Shown: positions 39,093-49,890 of the stretch, piece after piece | Layout of the letters: each line of letters begins with the position of its first letter | How positions within the stretch are numbered: the stretch's first letter is position 1 | Assembly (NCBI GenBank): GCA_030704615.1 | Contig: CM060732.1 | Span: 54,622,001-54,686,000 of the forward strand | DNA length: 64,000 bases | Reading direction: 5' to 3' | Origin: Takakia lepidozioides | Lineage: Eukaryota; Plantae; Bryophyta | Program-made: the position numbers and the translations under genes | The notes under the pieces: model-generated | Databases searched by the model: none | What the model was told of the DNA's origin: nothing | Seen by the model: only the letters and a program-made list of their open reading frames with translations

Positions 39093-39363
39093 AGAGAACT
39101 ACCGAACTGCCTAAGCCTAAGGGAAACTGAGATGTTGCCAGATGAAGAGGCCAGAACAAGAACAAACATTCCATAGCTAGAATCTCAGCTGGGCTTCTGA
39201 ACTTGGTGTCGAGAGCCTTCTTGTGACGTCAGATGAAGTCTTTATCCTCCCCCTCACCAGGAGACTTCCCAAGTAGTGGGGATGGTGCTTTGCCATTGAG
39301 TAAACGCACGATGGGAAGACATGTGCTGAGTATGTTATTTTTGCCCCAAGACTACTGAAAATC

Positions 39364-39615
39364 CTAGATGAGCTTCTTCCCGCGTTGTTGTGAAGTTTTG
39401 GAAACAATTGCACACATAGTGCCCCAAGCTTTCATCCCCTCAATAAGCAGGTCATGATAAATGTTAAACAGAATGGACTTGCCCCTGGGTGAAATCCCCT
39501 CATAAAACCAAGCACATCTAGCCTTCCACAAATTCCACAAAGTATAAGCCCTAAGATAGGGCCATACTGGGCAAGAGCAGAATATGTGATGAGGAAGAAA
39601 ATTCACAAGTAACAA
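39364..39615 (-). mobile_element. L1-type LINE 3' remnant
   Basis: WPYLRAYTLWNLWKARC motif, similar to the fragment at 13335. Confidence 0.5.
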
Positions 39616-40519
39616 GGAGGGTGGGGAGGGGTAAAGGCAGACTACACTGACTCAAAAGCGGCAGATGTGCCCTCCACTGAAAGTCCATGAGAAAAAATTA
39701 ATTAAAGATATTTGTTCAAATATATTTTTATCTTCATATGTAATGGTATACTAATCATATTTAGTAAATGGTCTCATCCCAAATATTTGAGATATTTTTT
39801 ATTTTATATATATATATATTCTTATTTAGAAATAATAGCTACTTATTATTATCTTGTAGTTTATGAAATTTGTCCATATAACAATAAGCTCCTAGAGACA
39901 ATAACAATATATATATTCTTAGCAAAGATCTCCACCCAAATATGAATTTTTCAAAATGTTATGGACAAATCGTCATTTTGCGGGTTTTTTTGGTACAAAA
40001 GAGTGCATAGTGTCTTGATGGATGGATAGAATTGTTCACAAATTTATATTTGTGTCTATTCAAACATTGTAACACTATTTTAATTAAGTCTGGACTTTTG
40101 GCTTAAATCCGGACTAAACTTAATATATATTTGCATTAAAATGAATTGAAATATTAATAATATCATGGTGTAATGTGTGATTGAACTTTGTGAAATTTCA
40201 GGTGATGTCATACTTGTTTCAAAATGTGTCATATAAGAGGTCCATTTGACATTGAAGTGCTCAATGTGAAGTAGCAGTATTGAACAATTCATTGAACGTC
40301 CACTTGGAAGTCGAATAAAGTAATATTGCATTGCAGGATCACGATAAACAAATGGGTGCATCGAACATGGGCCAGACTCCTACTCTACCATACTCTATAC
40401 AACTTGCTAGTAATTTTATTGATTGAATCTTCATATGAAGCACAATGTTCACATACCACCCCATTGGAATGAATCATGTTTTGGATGTGACAAGGGCAGT
40501 AAAATATTAGAATAGCATG

Positions 40520-42170
40520 AAACATTCGGAAGAGGTACTAGGGTAGTACAATAAGGTTTGGGGTGTAACTAGAGAGAAGTGTAATAAGGTTTGGGTTTAC
40601 AGTAAGGGTAAGGATTTAGGGTACAAAAAGACAAACAAATATGATGGACTCACACTCGGTAGAATTAAGAAATGGTTGAGGAATTTGATATCCCTGTAAT
40701 CATTCTATCATACATTATCCAACAAAAGAAAATATTAAAAGAGCATGAAACATTGAGAAGAGGTAACATGGTAGTACAATAAGGTTTGGAGTGTAACTAG
40801 GGTAGTACACTAAAGTTATTGGTATATGGTAAGATTAATGGTTTAGGGGTGATGGTAAAGGTAGGGTTTTCGGTTTGGGTTTAAGAACACTATTGGACAA
40901 ACAAATATGGAAAACTCACAGTCGCTAGAACTTGGTGTGTGTTAGTAGGATAAAAAATAAATAAATAAATGGAGAAACAAATATTATAGAAGAGTCATTG
41001 GGCCGAAGAAGTATTTAGATTGAGGATTCGTCCTTGGAACCTGGTATTAAAATACATATGGTTATGGTATGGATACTTCATTCCCATTTGCAGGGGAAGG
41101 GTAAGGGTTTAGACGTAACAATGGCGTAGGGTTTTGTTTAGGGTTCCCGACAAGGGTTTAGGGTTTGGGTTGAAGGCAGAAATGGTGAGCATACATGGCG
41201 GAAGACTCGCACTCACTACAACTTAGTGTTGTAGTAAGGTAGTGCTAAGCAAAATAAAAATGAAGAACCTAATATTATGGAAGTGTAGTCATTGCATCGG
41301 ACAAGTATTTAAATGAAAGACTCGTCCTTGGAACCTGGTATTAAGATACATAGAAAGCAAAGTTCGATAAAAAAATGTAAGTGCATGTCAATCCAAACCG
41401 AAGGCAAAACCTTGTGCAAGGTGAAGGGCGAAGAGATTTGAATAACCATAAATAGTTATGGTTATGGTATGGATACTTCATTCCTATTTGCAGGGGAAGG
41501 GTAAGGGTTTAGACGTAACAATGGCGTAGGGTTTTGCTTCGGGTTCTTGACGAGGGTTTAGGGCTTGGGTTGAAGGTAGAAATGGTGAGCATACATGCCG
41601 GAAGACTCGCACTCGCTACAACTTAGTGTGTTAGTAGGGTACATAATGAAAATTTGGATATATTGAAGAGATTTGGATAACCAAAATGGTTATGGTTATG
41701 GTATGGATAGTTGATTCCCATTTGCAAAGGGAAAGGAAAGGATTCTGGGGTATTGGGTTAAGGGTAAATGTTTAGGGTTTTATAGTAAGGGTTTAGGGTA
41801 AGGGTATAGGATTTTTGTTTAAGTTACTAAATAGACAAACACTTATGGAAAACTCCAGACTTCGTTAGAACTTAGTGTTGTTAGTAGGGTACTAGTAAGC
41901 AAACAAAAAATGAATAACCTAATATTATGGACAAGTATTTAAATGAAAGACTCGTCGTTGGAACCTGGACCTATTAAGATGTAACATAGAAAGCAAACTG
42001 TAACATGCCTAAATGCATGTCAGTCCAAAACAAAGGAAAAAGCTAGCGCAAATGTAAAGGGAGAAGACATTTCAATAACCATAATGGTTATGGTTTTGGC
42101 TATGGTTATGATATGAATAGTTCATGGGCCATTTGCAGAAAAGGGTAAAGGTTAGGGGGAATGCTAACAT
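40520..42170 (+). repeat. Mosaic subterminal direct repeats with GGGTTTAG/GGGTAAG motifs
   Basis: A ~180-bp block starting ATGGTTATGGTATGGATACTTCATTCC occurs at 41058 and 41458, with weaker copies at ~41692 and ~42100. TCGTCCTTGGAACCTGG occurs at ~41028 and ~41322, with a variant at ~41952. Confidence 0.8.
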
Positions 42171-42952
42171 AAAAAGCAAGGTATTATAAAAAAGGTATGT
42201 CAATCCAAAATCCTAAATTGTCAAAAAAAAAAAAGTACACACTATGAGATTTGGAAAGAAAATAGCGTTATATAACGACTTTTGGGAAGCGCCTGGATCT
42301 CATGGGAGAAAATGGATTTGAAGAAAACATGAGAGAGGATAAAAAGTTAGACCACCAAATAAAAACTAAGAGAAATGAAAATTGCTCAAAATTTGAACAA
42401 CGGAAAAGGACATGTGAAATTCCCTCTTAAACTAGGGCCAAAGATGAGAAGTATGAAAATGAAATGAAATGAAATGAAAATTTGGTGCAGAAAAGTCGTA
42501 GAGCTTAGAGAGAAAATGGAGGAAAACCTCAGAGAAAAACTTCAAGACTGGCAAATTGAAAAGTATGTCAACAACGATTGAGTAAGGCTCATCCTAGTGG
42601 GAGACTTCAGTGGGAGACTTGGTTATGCGAAAAACAAGTCTAATGTTTCAGAGAATGACTGGAAATGGGCTATTTTCTTTCGTTGTTAAAAACCTCTTTG
42701 ACTGAATTTGAAGACTCCAGTGGTCGTGCCCGCCATTTTTGTTCTTGTGATCTATATGTTATGTAGGCGAAACTCCCCCACAAGGTTTTCTTTGTTGACC
42801 ATAACGTACAGCAGGCCAGAATCCAGCACACCAGAAACAAAGGACGAGAATGTCCACAGGACATTTAAGGTTCAGTGCGACATAAGAAGATAACAAAAAT
42901 GATCCCCCAACGCAAACAAGAAGGGCCATATAAAGAAGAAAAAATTTATTTC

Positions 42953-45900
42953 TTAAATCGAAATACTGGAGTTGACCTCAACAATATGTCCTTGGTCTAG
43001 AACTCGCTTGCACGACTCATTTTTTGACTGATGATTAGCCTCCTCCAAATTAGCGCGCGCCTTCACTGCTTCGGCGGCAGTAATTCTCTTAGTGCTATTC
43101 CGTGTCGTATTTTTTCGTGGAAGCATTGTCCACACAACATTGTTCATGTGGATCCATTGAGGAGGATCTGACGAGTTATACTCCCAAAATTTTGACCAAC
43201 AGTCCCTGTACCTTTCCAAGTCTGTTAGGTTACCACCTTTTCTCGATCTCCACCACTCCACCTTCACCTTCTTAAAATTAGGATCCTCCCTTTCGCGGAT
43301 CACGTCAGATATTGCCACCCCCCATCCAGACCGGGCACGTACTTGGGTCATGAGGGCGAACAAGCACAAAAAACCCTTTCTCAATATCCTTGAACGGATT
43401 TAAGGATATTCTTGGTCGCTCCCACCTCGGGCCACAGTAAGGTTCTAGGATTTCATCCTCTTCTTCCACATCTGGCACTATATGTGGATGGATTCCATCT
43501 CTGAGATGATTGTTGGACCAATTTGTTTTCGGCTAGAATCCCTCAAGAAGATAAATACGCTCGAGAGCTTCTGGAATTGGCTTATCCAGCTCGGCGAGAA
43601 TGTTTCCCCAGTACTGGTCGTATTGTTCCATTCGACATTCCTGTATTTTTTTATTCTATTCTTAATGAATGACTGTTTTTCGGAGGAGTCGTCCCCGACT
43701 CCCCAGTTAGGTCTCCTTGGAACGACGTCTGGGTCTCCTTCAGGGAGCTTGGGAGTCCCGTCAAGATTGGACTTCCACATCTTCACGCTATAGTTTGTTG
43801 GAAGCCAATCCGAATCAGTAGCAGACTTCTTGTACTTCATGACGGGCCAACCCTCCGCATCCTTAAAAAAGCGGAAGACGTGCATCTCCGAAATCCCGAC
43901 CAACGCCTCCTTTCCATCCAGAATACAGCCCTTGACAAAATTCTTGAAGTCGGGAACCTCCTGAATAATCTGTGGAATGAACTGCAGATCTTGCAAGGTC
44001 ATAAAAGACCTCATCAAATCCGAAAGAATATAGGTGATTCGTTCCTTTAGCTTCTTCAAAAGGTAGCTGAAGAACCCGTCGATGTCCTCATGGGTGTGTC
44101 CGACCATTATGAACCCTAGCTGGATTTTTTCACAAACATCTTTGGCGGTCAGGAGGGATAGAAAAACAATCATCCATCTGTTCTTATTGTCCTTCGCGGA
44201 GTTGTCCATTTGCAAGTACAGTCTTCTCGGAAGTGGACGAGCACCACGTTTGTCTTCCGGCCTGCAGGGTTTAAGAGCATCCAAACATCTCGATTTACCA
44301 CTTAAAAGTGATTCGAAAAACTCGTTTTGAAGTCGGTAATCGAAAATGTTCCTAGACTCGCGACAGGTTGGCTTCTCCAGTTGGTGCAGGCAACGTGCCA
44401 AAGAACCAATTGTAAAGTTTGAATTTCATTTCCAGAACTCAAGAGAATACTGACCGTAAGCTCCATCACCGTGTCCGTGCGTGACCATTCCCGTTAGTGA
44501 AATTGGAAGCTGACTCAATCCAGAAATCATCTTGTTTGAAGTCTGGAGTCTTGGAACAGCTGTTTTCCTATTATCCATTTTGTCGTGAATAATACAGAGA
44601 AACTCTTCCGGAATCATAACAAACTCATTCCTCTAGCTATGGTACAATCTCCTGCACGACTCTTGGTGCCTCAAATGTTTATCAAGCGCTCGTTTGTGTG
44701 TCACCTGTTCCGCACTTCTCTTAACAAACTTTCTGATCGGATCCTTTAACATCTCACACTCCGTGTACTTCGCAAATGTGCTCCCAGTTTTACGAACCTC
44801 CACGTTAGGAAATATCCGACTCCGGATGTGGCTAACAGCCGACTGCGAGACTCTTTCCAACCCGAAAAGTTTGTTGGTCTATTACAATAAGGCAGGGTCA
44901 GGAAAGGAACGTCCACTGGACAGTGGAGGTTCATGAAACTAGAACCAAAGTCGAAAGAGACAAAATCGAAGGGAGGATCATCCACATTGAATCAGAAAAA
45001 ACTTCCAAGAAAGAAATTGAAGAATGGAGATTTCATACCTCGTTGGACTCGTCTCGTATTCGCTTCCAGTTCATTTCAGGTGGTAAGACTCTCAAAATAT
45101 CTCTCTTTCCCTCCCCAATGCATCTTGTCTTATGGGGCATGAGGTCAATATTTCCGTTGATAATGGACATAATGTTACCCTCTGCTTGAAGCGTCCGTGG
45201 GCGTGGCCTCTTCACTCCACGGTTCTCATGGAGACTTGACAAACCAACCCTGTTTACTCAACTTTTTGTACTCCATGTATGTGGACCTGCCAATTCCATG
45301 AATTGTCCACCAAGCAGTCTCACAAACATCTACACCCTCAATCGTAACGTATGCCCTGCGAGAGGTCCCTTCCAGCATGTGAAGTCGTTTTGAAACATTT
45401 AGTCCATGTTCTTTCCTCTCATCGAAAGTGGATCCCCAAAACGAAGTACGGATAGCCAAGATTTTTCGCCAATCGAAATATTGACAGCAGTAAAGTCTGC
45501 AGCAAGGTTTGCTACTTATGGACCGGACTTCTTCCAGAGTAAGATTCTTCATTCTTTTTTTGGAATGCTCCAAATCTCGATCCCTCTTCTTCCTCGTAAA
45601 ATGCCGATACGTCGCTTTCTTCACACCTGCCTCGTGATCTTCGTACAAGATACTGTTAGAAGATCTAATAAAATTCTCCAGATCATTTGAGAGTAGTCTC
45701 CCACTTTCCAAAAGTCGTGTTTTTATTAAAGGCCATTTTACAAGAGACATCAAAGATCCAGATCCTCCAGAAAGTATTTTGGTGACAAGAACTCCAACAT
45801 TGTCCTCTCCCAGTTTGTCATTGAGGATCACCTCGTCCGGATTGCAGGTTTGAATCCTCCCCTCGAACAATGCACCCCCATCATCACCCAAACAGTACGC

Positions 45901-46200
45901 ACTACGAGTTTCTCCAGTTGTTTCTTCCGAGTCCTCCGCTCGGATTCCCGGAACTCTTCGATGGTCTGTGGTTTGATTCATCCTCGTCGACGTCAAAATT
46001 TTCGGCAGTATACCTTGTCTCCGGCATAAAGTCAGGATTCATGTCAAGCCCTCCTTGATACTCATTATTCTCCGCATGAACTTCGCCAACATTCCACACC
46101 ACCGGGGTCCCAATGGCCTCCTTCAAGGTGTCAGCATCCATATGTCCATAAGGAAGAGGACATAATGAGTGTGCTTCATCATAGGAGATGAGAACCACTG
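42953..46200 (-). pseudogene. Fragmented transposase gene of the Sola-like element
   Basis: Successive minus-strand ORFs: CCRLYCCQYF...VCETAWWTIHGIGRSTY (45226-45996), FLCIIHDKMD (44426-44617), LYLQMDNSAKDNKN...VGHTHEDID (43478-44401), KVEWW (42953-43384). Several stops and frameshifts separate them. Confidence 0.75.
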
Positions 46201-46288
46201 AAATAGTTGAGGAAGATAATTGGCGTCCATGACAGGTCCCAACCCCGGAGACATTAAGGCAGTCCCCAGTTGCTACTAGAGATGAAGA

Positions 46289-46547
46289 CCCGGAGGCAGA
46301 AGTATGCTACAGTGGCTCACTTTGCGAAATTTTTGTCTAGTCTAAACTAGTCTATTTTTCATTTAAATCTATTTTCATAGGAACTTTAAATTAGTTGTTG
46401 CAATTTATTTTTGTTGTCAACTCAATTTGAGATTACCCAAAAATTGGTTTCCAAACAAAGCTGTTGTGTTTTGAAGATGAAAAATCAGAGTAAGATTAGA
46501 GTAGACTGGACAAAAGTGAGCCACTGTAGCATGCTTCTGCCCCCGGG
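46289..46547. mobile_element. 259-bp MITE nested in the Sola-like element
   Basis: TIR CCCGG(A/G)GGCAGAAG(T/C)ATGCTACAGTGGCTCACTTT (~35 bp, 2 mismatches). TSD AAGA at 46285-46288 and 46548-46551. Confidence 0.85.
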
Positions 46548-49505
46548 AAGAGTAAGAAACACTCTTTGATCCGTCTCTAAGCTCATGATCACCGGAACCT
46601 CCACTGCTCACGCGAGGCTCAAGAAACTGAAAACCCCTCCGTGACGACCTTACTCACAGTAATAAGCAGTATGAGTTTGACGTATCCCGGGGACTGTTCA
46701 CTATCTCATACAAAAATGTCATTATCTGAATCAGACTGAAGATTGCACTCATCACTTTCATCTTTCTCTTCCTCTGTTTCCTCCGTTGTCTCCCGTCGAA
46801 TAACTCCCTCGAACATTGATTCGTCAGTGCCCGGATTTATGAAGGTTTGCAAGTCAGAGCCCACATCTGATATTTGATTATCAGATCTCTTCTTGATGGT
46901 TTTTGTTTTCGATACAACAAGTGATGCGTCTTGGTTTTCTGCTTCGTTGATGTTTACTGGATTCTGTCTCTTTGGCCTCTTATAGATGTCGACGACAGTC
47001 TCAGAACCATCTTTGGCCACCATGTGCACTCTTACGCACCTTTTTTTTATACTGACAGAACAGAAAATCAACGCAGGGGAGGCACCGACATAAGTCTATC
47101 TCAAAACATCCTTATGTTGTGCCTTGGCATAGTAGCACGCATGAACCTCCACTGGGCAGGCGAGGTTCGTGTGGTTTGTCCTGCCGGAGTTTATGGAGGT
47201 CTACTAGAGATCTAGTGGTCTACGGAGACTAGTCTACTAGAGTAGCCTAGGCCCGAAGAAAAACCCGTTTGCAAATATCGGAAATTCGAAAAATCAATCG
47301 CAAAAAACCATGATCCTAACCTGCCATAACACTAATCCATAACCCTAATAATCCAGCAGCACTAGTAAACCAGGACCACAAACCACCCTTACAAACCACC
47401 ATACAAACCACCAGCAGAGAAGCATCAATGCATTGAAACACCTAAACAGCTTTAATCAATTCAAACTAATTAAAACAGCTTTGGAACCAATGAATTGAAA
47501 TGAGATGCTCCGCATCAGACAAGACAACACACTCACAAAACGTGACATGCAAGAAACAAATGGTGCTCTATAACCTCTGGAACGAAAGCGAGTGAGGAAA
47601 CAGATGCAAACCAACAGCGACGTGGGCGATGCTAACCAACAAAAGCAACAGCAAAACAAAAAGAAAAGCAAATCAATAAACTGAACAAACTGAAACAACA
47701 TAAGAACAACAAACCAACATATCAAAACAAGCCAAAGCGAGCCAGAGAGAATGACATCAAACCAGATATAAACTGTAAATGAGAACATTACCTGCTGGAT
47801 GCCTGAGCCATTTCGGTGCCCCTGTTGCTGACCTGACGCTCCGCTCCACTCTCCCTTACGCTCTGCTTCCCTCCCGTCTCCTGTCTGCACTTGAATCCGC
47901 TGTCTTCTTGCTTTCCTCCACTGCACTCTCACGCTGCACTGAACTGCACACTCTCTTCTCTCTACTCTCACGGCACCTTACACAACATGCTCTCTGCTCT
48001 TCACGCTCTCCATTATTCAAAACTCTCTCTTTTCTAGCGCTAGTCTGTCTTAGCACTTCCGTGTACACAATGGAGTGCCGAAAGGGTGGGCTGAACGACC
48101 ACACCCCTTATATGGTGCCTTCGCAAAGGATCTGAACCATCGCGTCCTTTCGAAATCGAATGGTAGCGCGTGTTCCATCCAACATCCATGCAAATATCAT
48201 CCAATTCATCATTTCCATTATGTCCATCCATTTTACGAATGATTAGATGAAATGAAAAAACTGATGAATGAACGAGAAAGTATGACGTTAATGATCCCTT
48301 GCACAGGATCATCAATTATAACCCCGCGGGATATTTCCCACACCCCACACATGACGATAAATGAAATGTACAAGTCAGATCCTCCTGCGGCGTTTTGCCG
48401 CTTGGAATTATTGCTCCTGACCATGTCTACATTCGGCGGATTAAGGCTTGGAATATTTCCTCTGTCACTCATTTACGCCCGCCGCATTCTCGGCCGAGTG
48501 TCATAGCTGCACGATTTCATGAAACGCTTATCAACAGCGTCAAGCCTTGATCCACTTGGACAACATTGAATGCGAAATACGTACTGCTTTATAAGCACGA
48601 GTACAAAACCATTGAACCACCGTTATCGGCCGTTATCATTCTCACATCATAATTGTTACATAGGGATCTACCAGTATATGACACTCTTTTCCACGGTCAA
48701 AGAGTGCAATCCTGCACCATCCAGATCCGTTTGATTGTGGCCATATCGGATATCAACGGCGCTGAAAATCGATCCGCGAGACAATGTATCACACTATCCC
48801 ATTGGAGGAGTTCCAGCGGGCAACCTGGTTTCCACCTCTACATAAGGTCTGAGTGCAAATTGTTCAAACTTCTATCTCCATACTTTCACTTGCAGATTGT
48901 GTTTCCCGCACCTCTCTGGTCATCTCCCACCTCACTGCCCAAAGTGCACCTCTCTGAGCATCCTGTACCTCTGTGGCCATCGCAGGTGTACCTCTCTAAA
49001 TTTCCATAATCTCTCGTGTGAACTGCATTTTCTCCCGTAGAAAATGTTATGACATCTGTGTGTTTTCGATAGTCTACAGGAAAATCTACTTATTTCTCAT
49101 CTGCATGTTTAGAAATTACAGTCCAATACTCACATTTTGTTGTATTTGTCCATCTCTACAATTTCTGTATTTCGTCATTCCTCAAGTCGTGGACCTCCAC
49201 TGGACAGTCGCGTCAATGCTCACATTCCGTCATTACAATTATTCATCCACGTAACCATATTCATCTACTAGTATTCATCCGTCCGACTTTTTCATCTGTA
49301 TCTCATCTAACCTCCACTGTACAGTGGAGGTTATATAATTAGACTCAATCTTCACATGACATGTTCTAGAACAAACAATAATTCCATTTCTATTCTATTT
49401 CTCTGAAACGTTCATACATGAGTGTATTTCTTTTTATTATATTGAATCAAGAAGTTTTGCTTCATCTGGTCAGCTGAGGATTGCAAAGACACAAACGGTT
49501 ACATC

Positions 49506-49890
49506 ATGCCTGGGATGAAATATCTCGTTAAGGATATTCGCACTTTTCTTGCCAAGTACCCTGGTACACCCTTTGCAACGCATGACAAAATACTCATTGT
49601 CGATGATGAGCTATCAAAGGGCCTCCGAAACCCACCAAATACTGGATTCTTCCATATTTCATACAAGCCATCACCAAAGGGCTTGGTTGACCATGATGAT
49701 ATGACAAAAGTTGTGTGGCCATATATATTGAAAATGGCTGCAGCTTCAACAGTCGTAGATTACATCAGCGATAACCCTGCCAAGTGTTCTCGTAAGTCTA
49801 TTGGTCGCGACCATGCCTATTGGGCTTGGTATGGAAGATATGTTGATCCTCGTATTTGGATCCCACAACAAAAAGAACCTGATTACCTTG
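49506..49890 (+). CDS. Exon or remnant encoding an FCP1/NIF-like (HAD) phosphatase C-terminal segment inside the DNA transposon
   Basis: KYLVKDI...DKILIVDDELSKGLRNPPN resembles the NIF-family KDL...TLLIDDSPxK...NP segment. A GTATGT donor follows at 49891. The N-terminal DxDxT motif was not located. Confidence 0.4.

Noticed and set aside
40540-41810. TTTAGGG-like motifs as an interstitial telomere
   Set aside because: They are scattered and degenerate within transposon subterminal repeats, not a tandem telomeric array.
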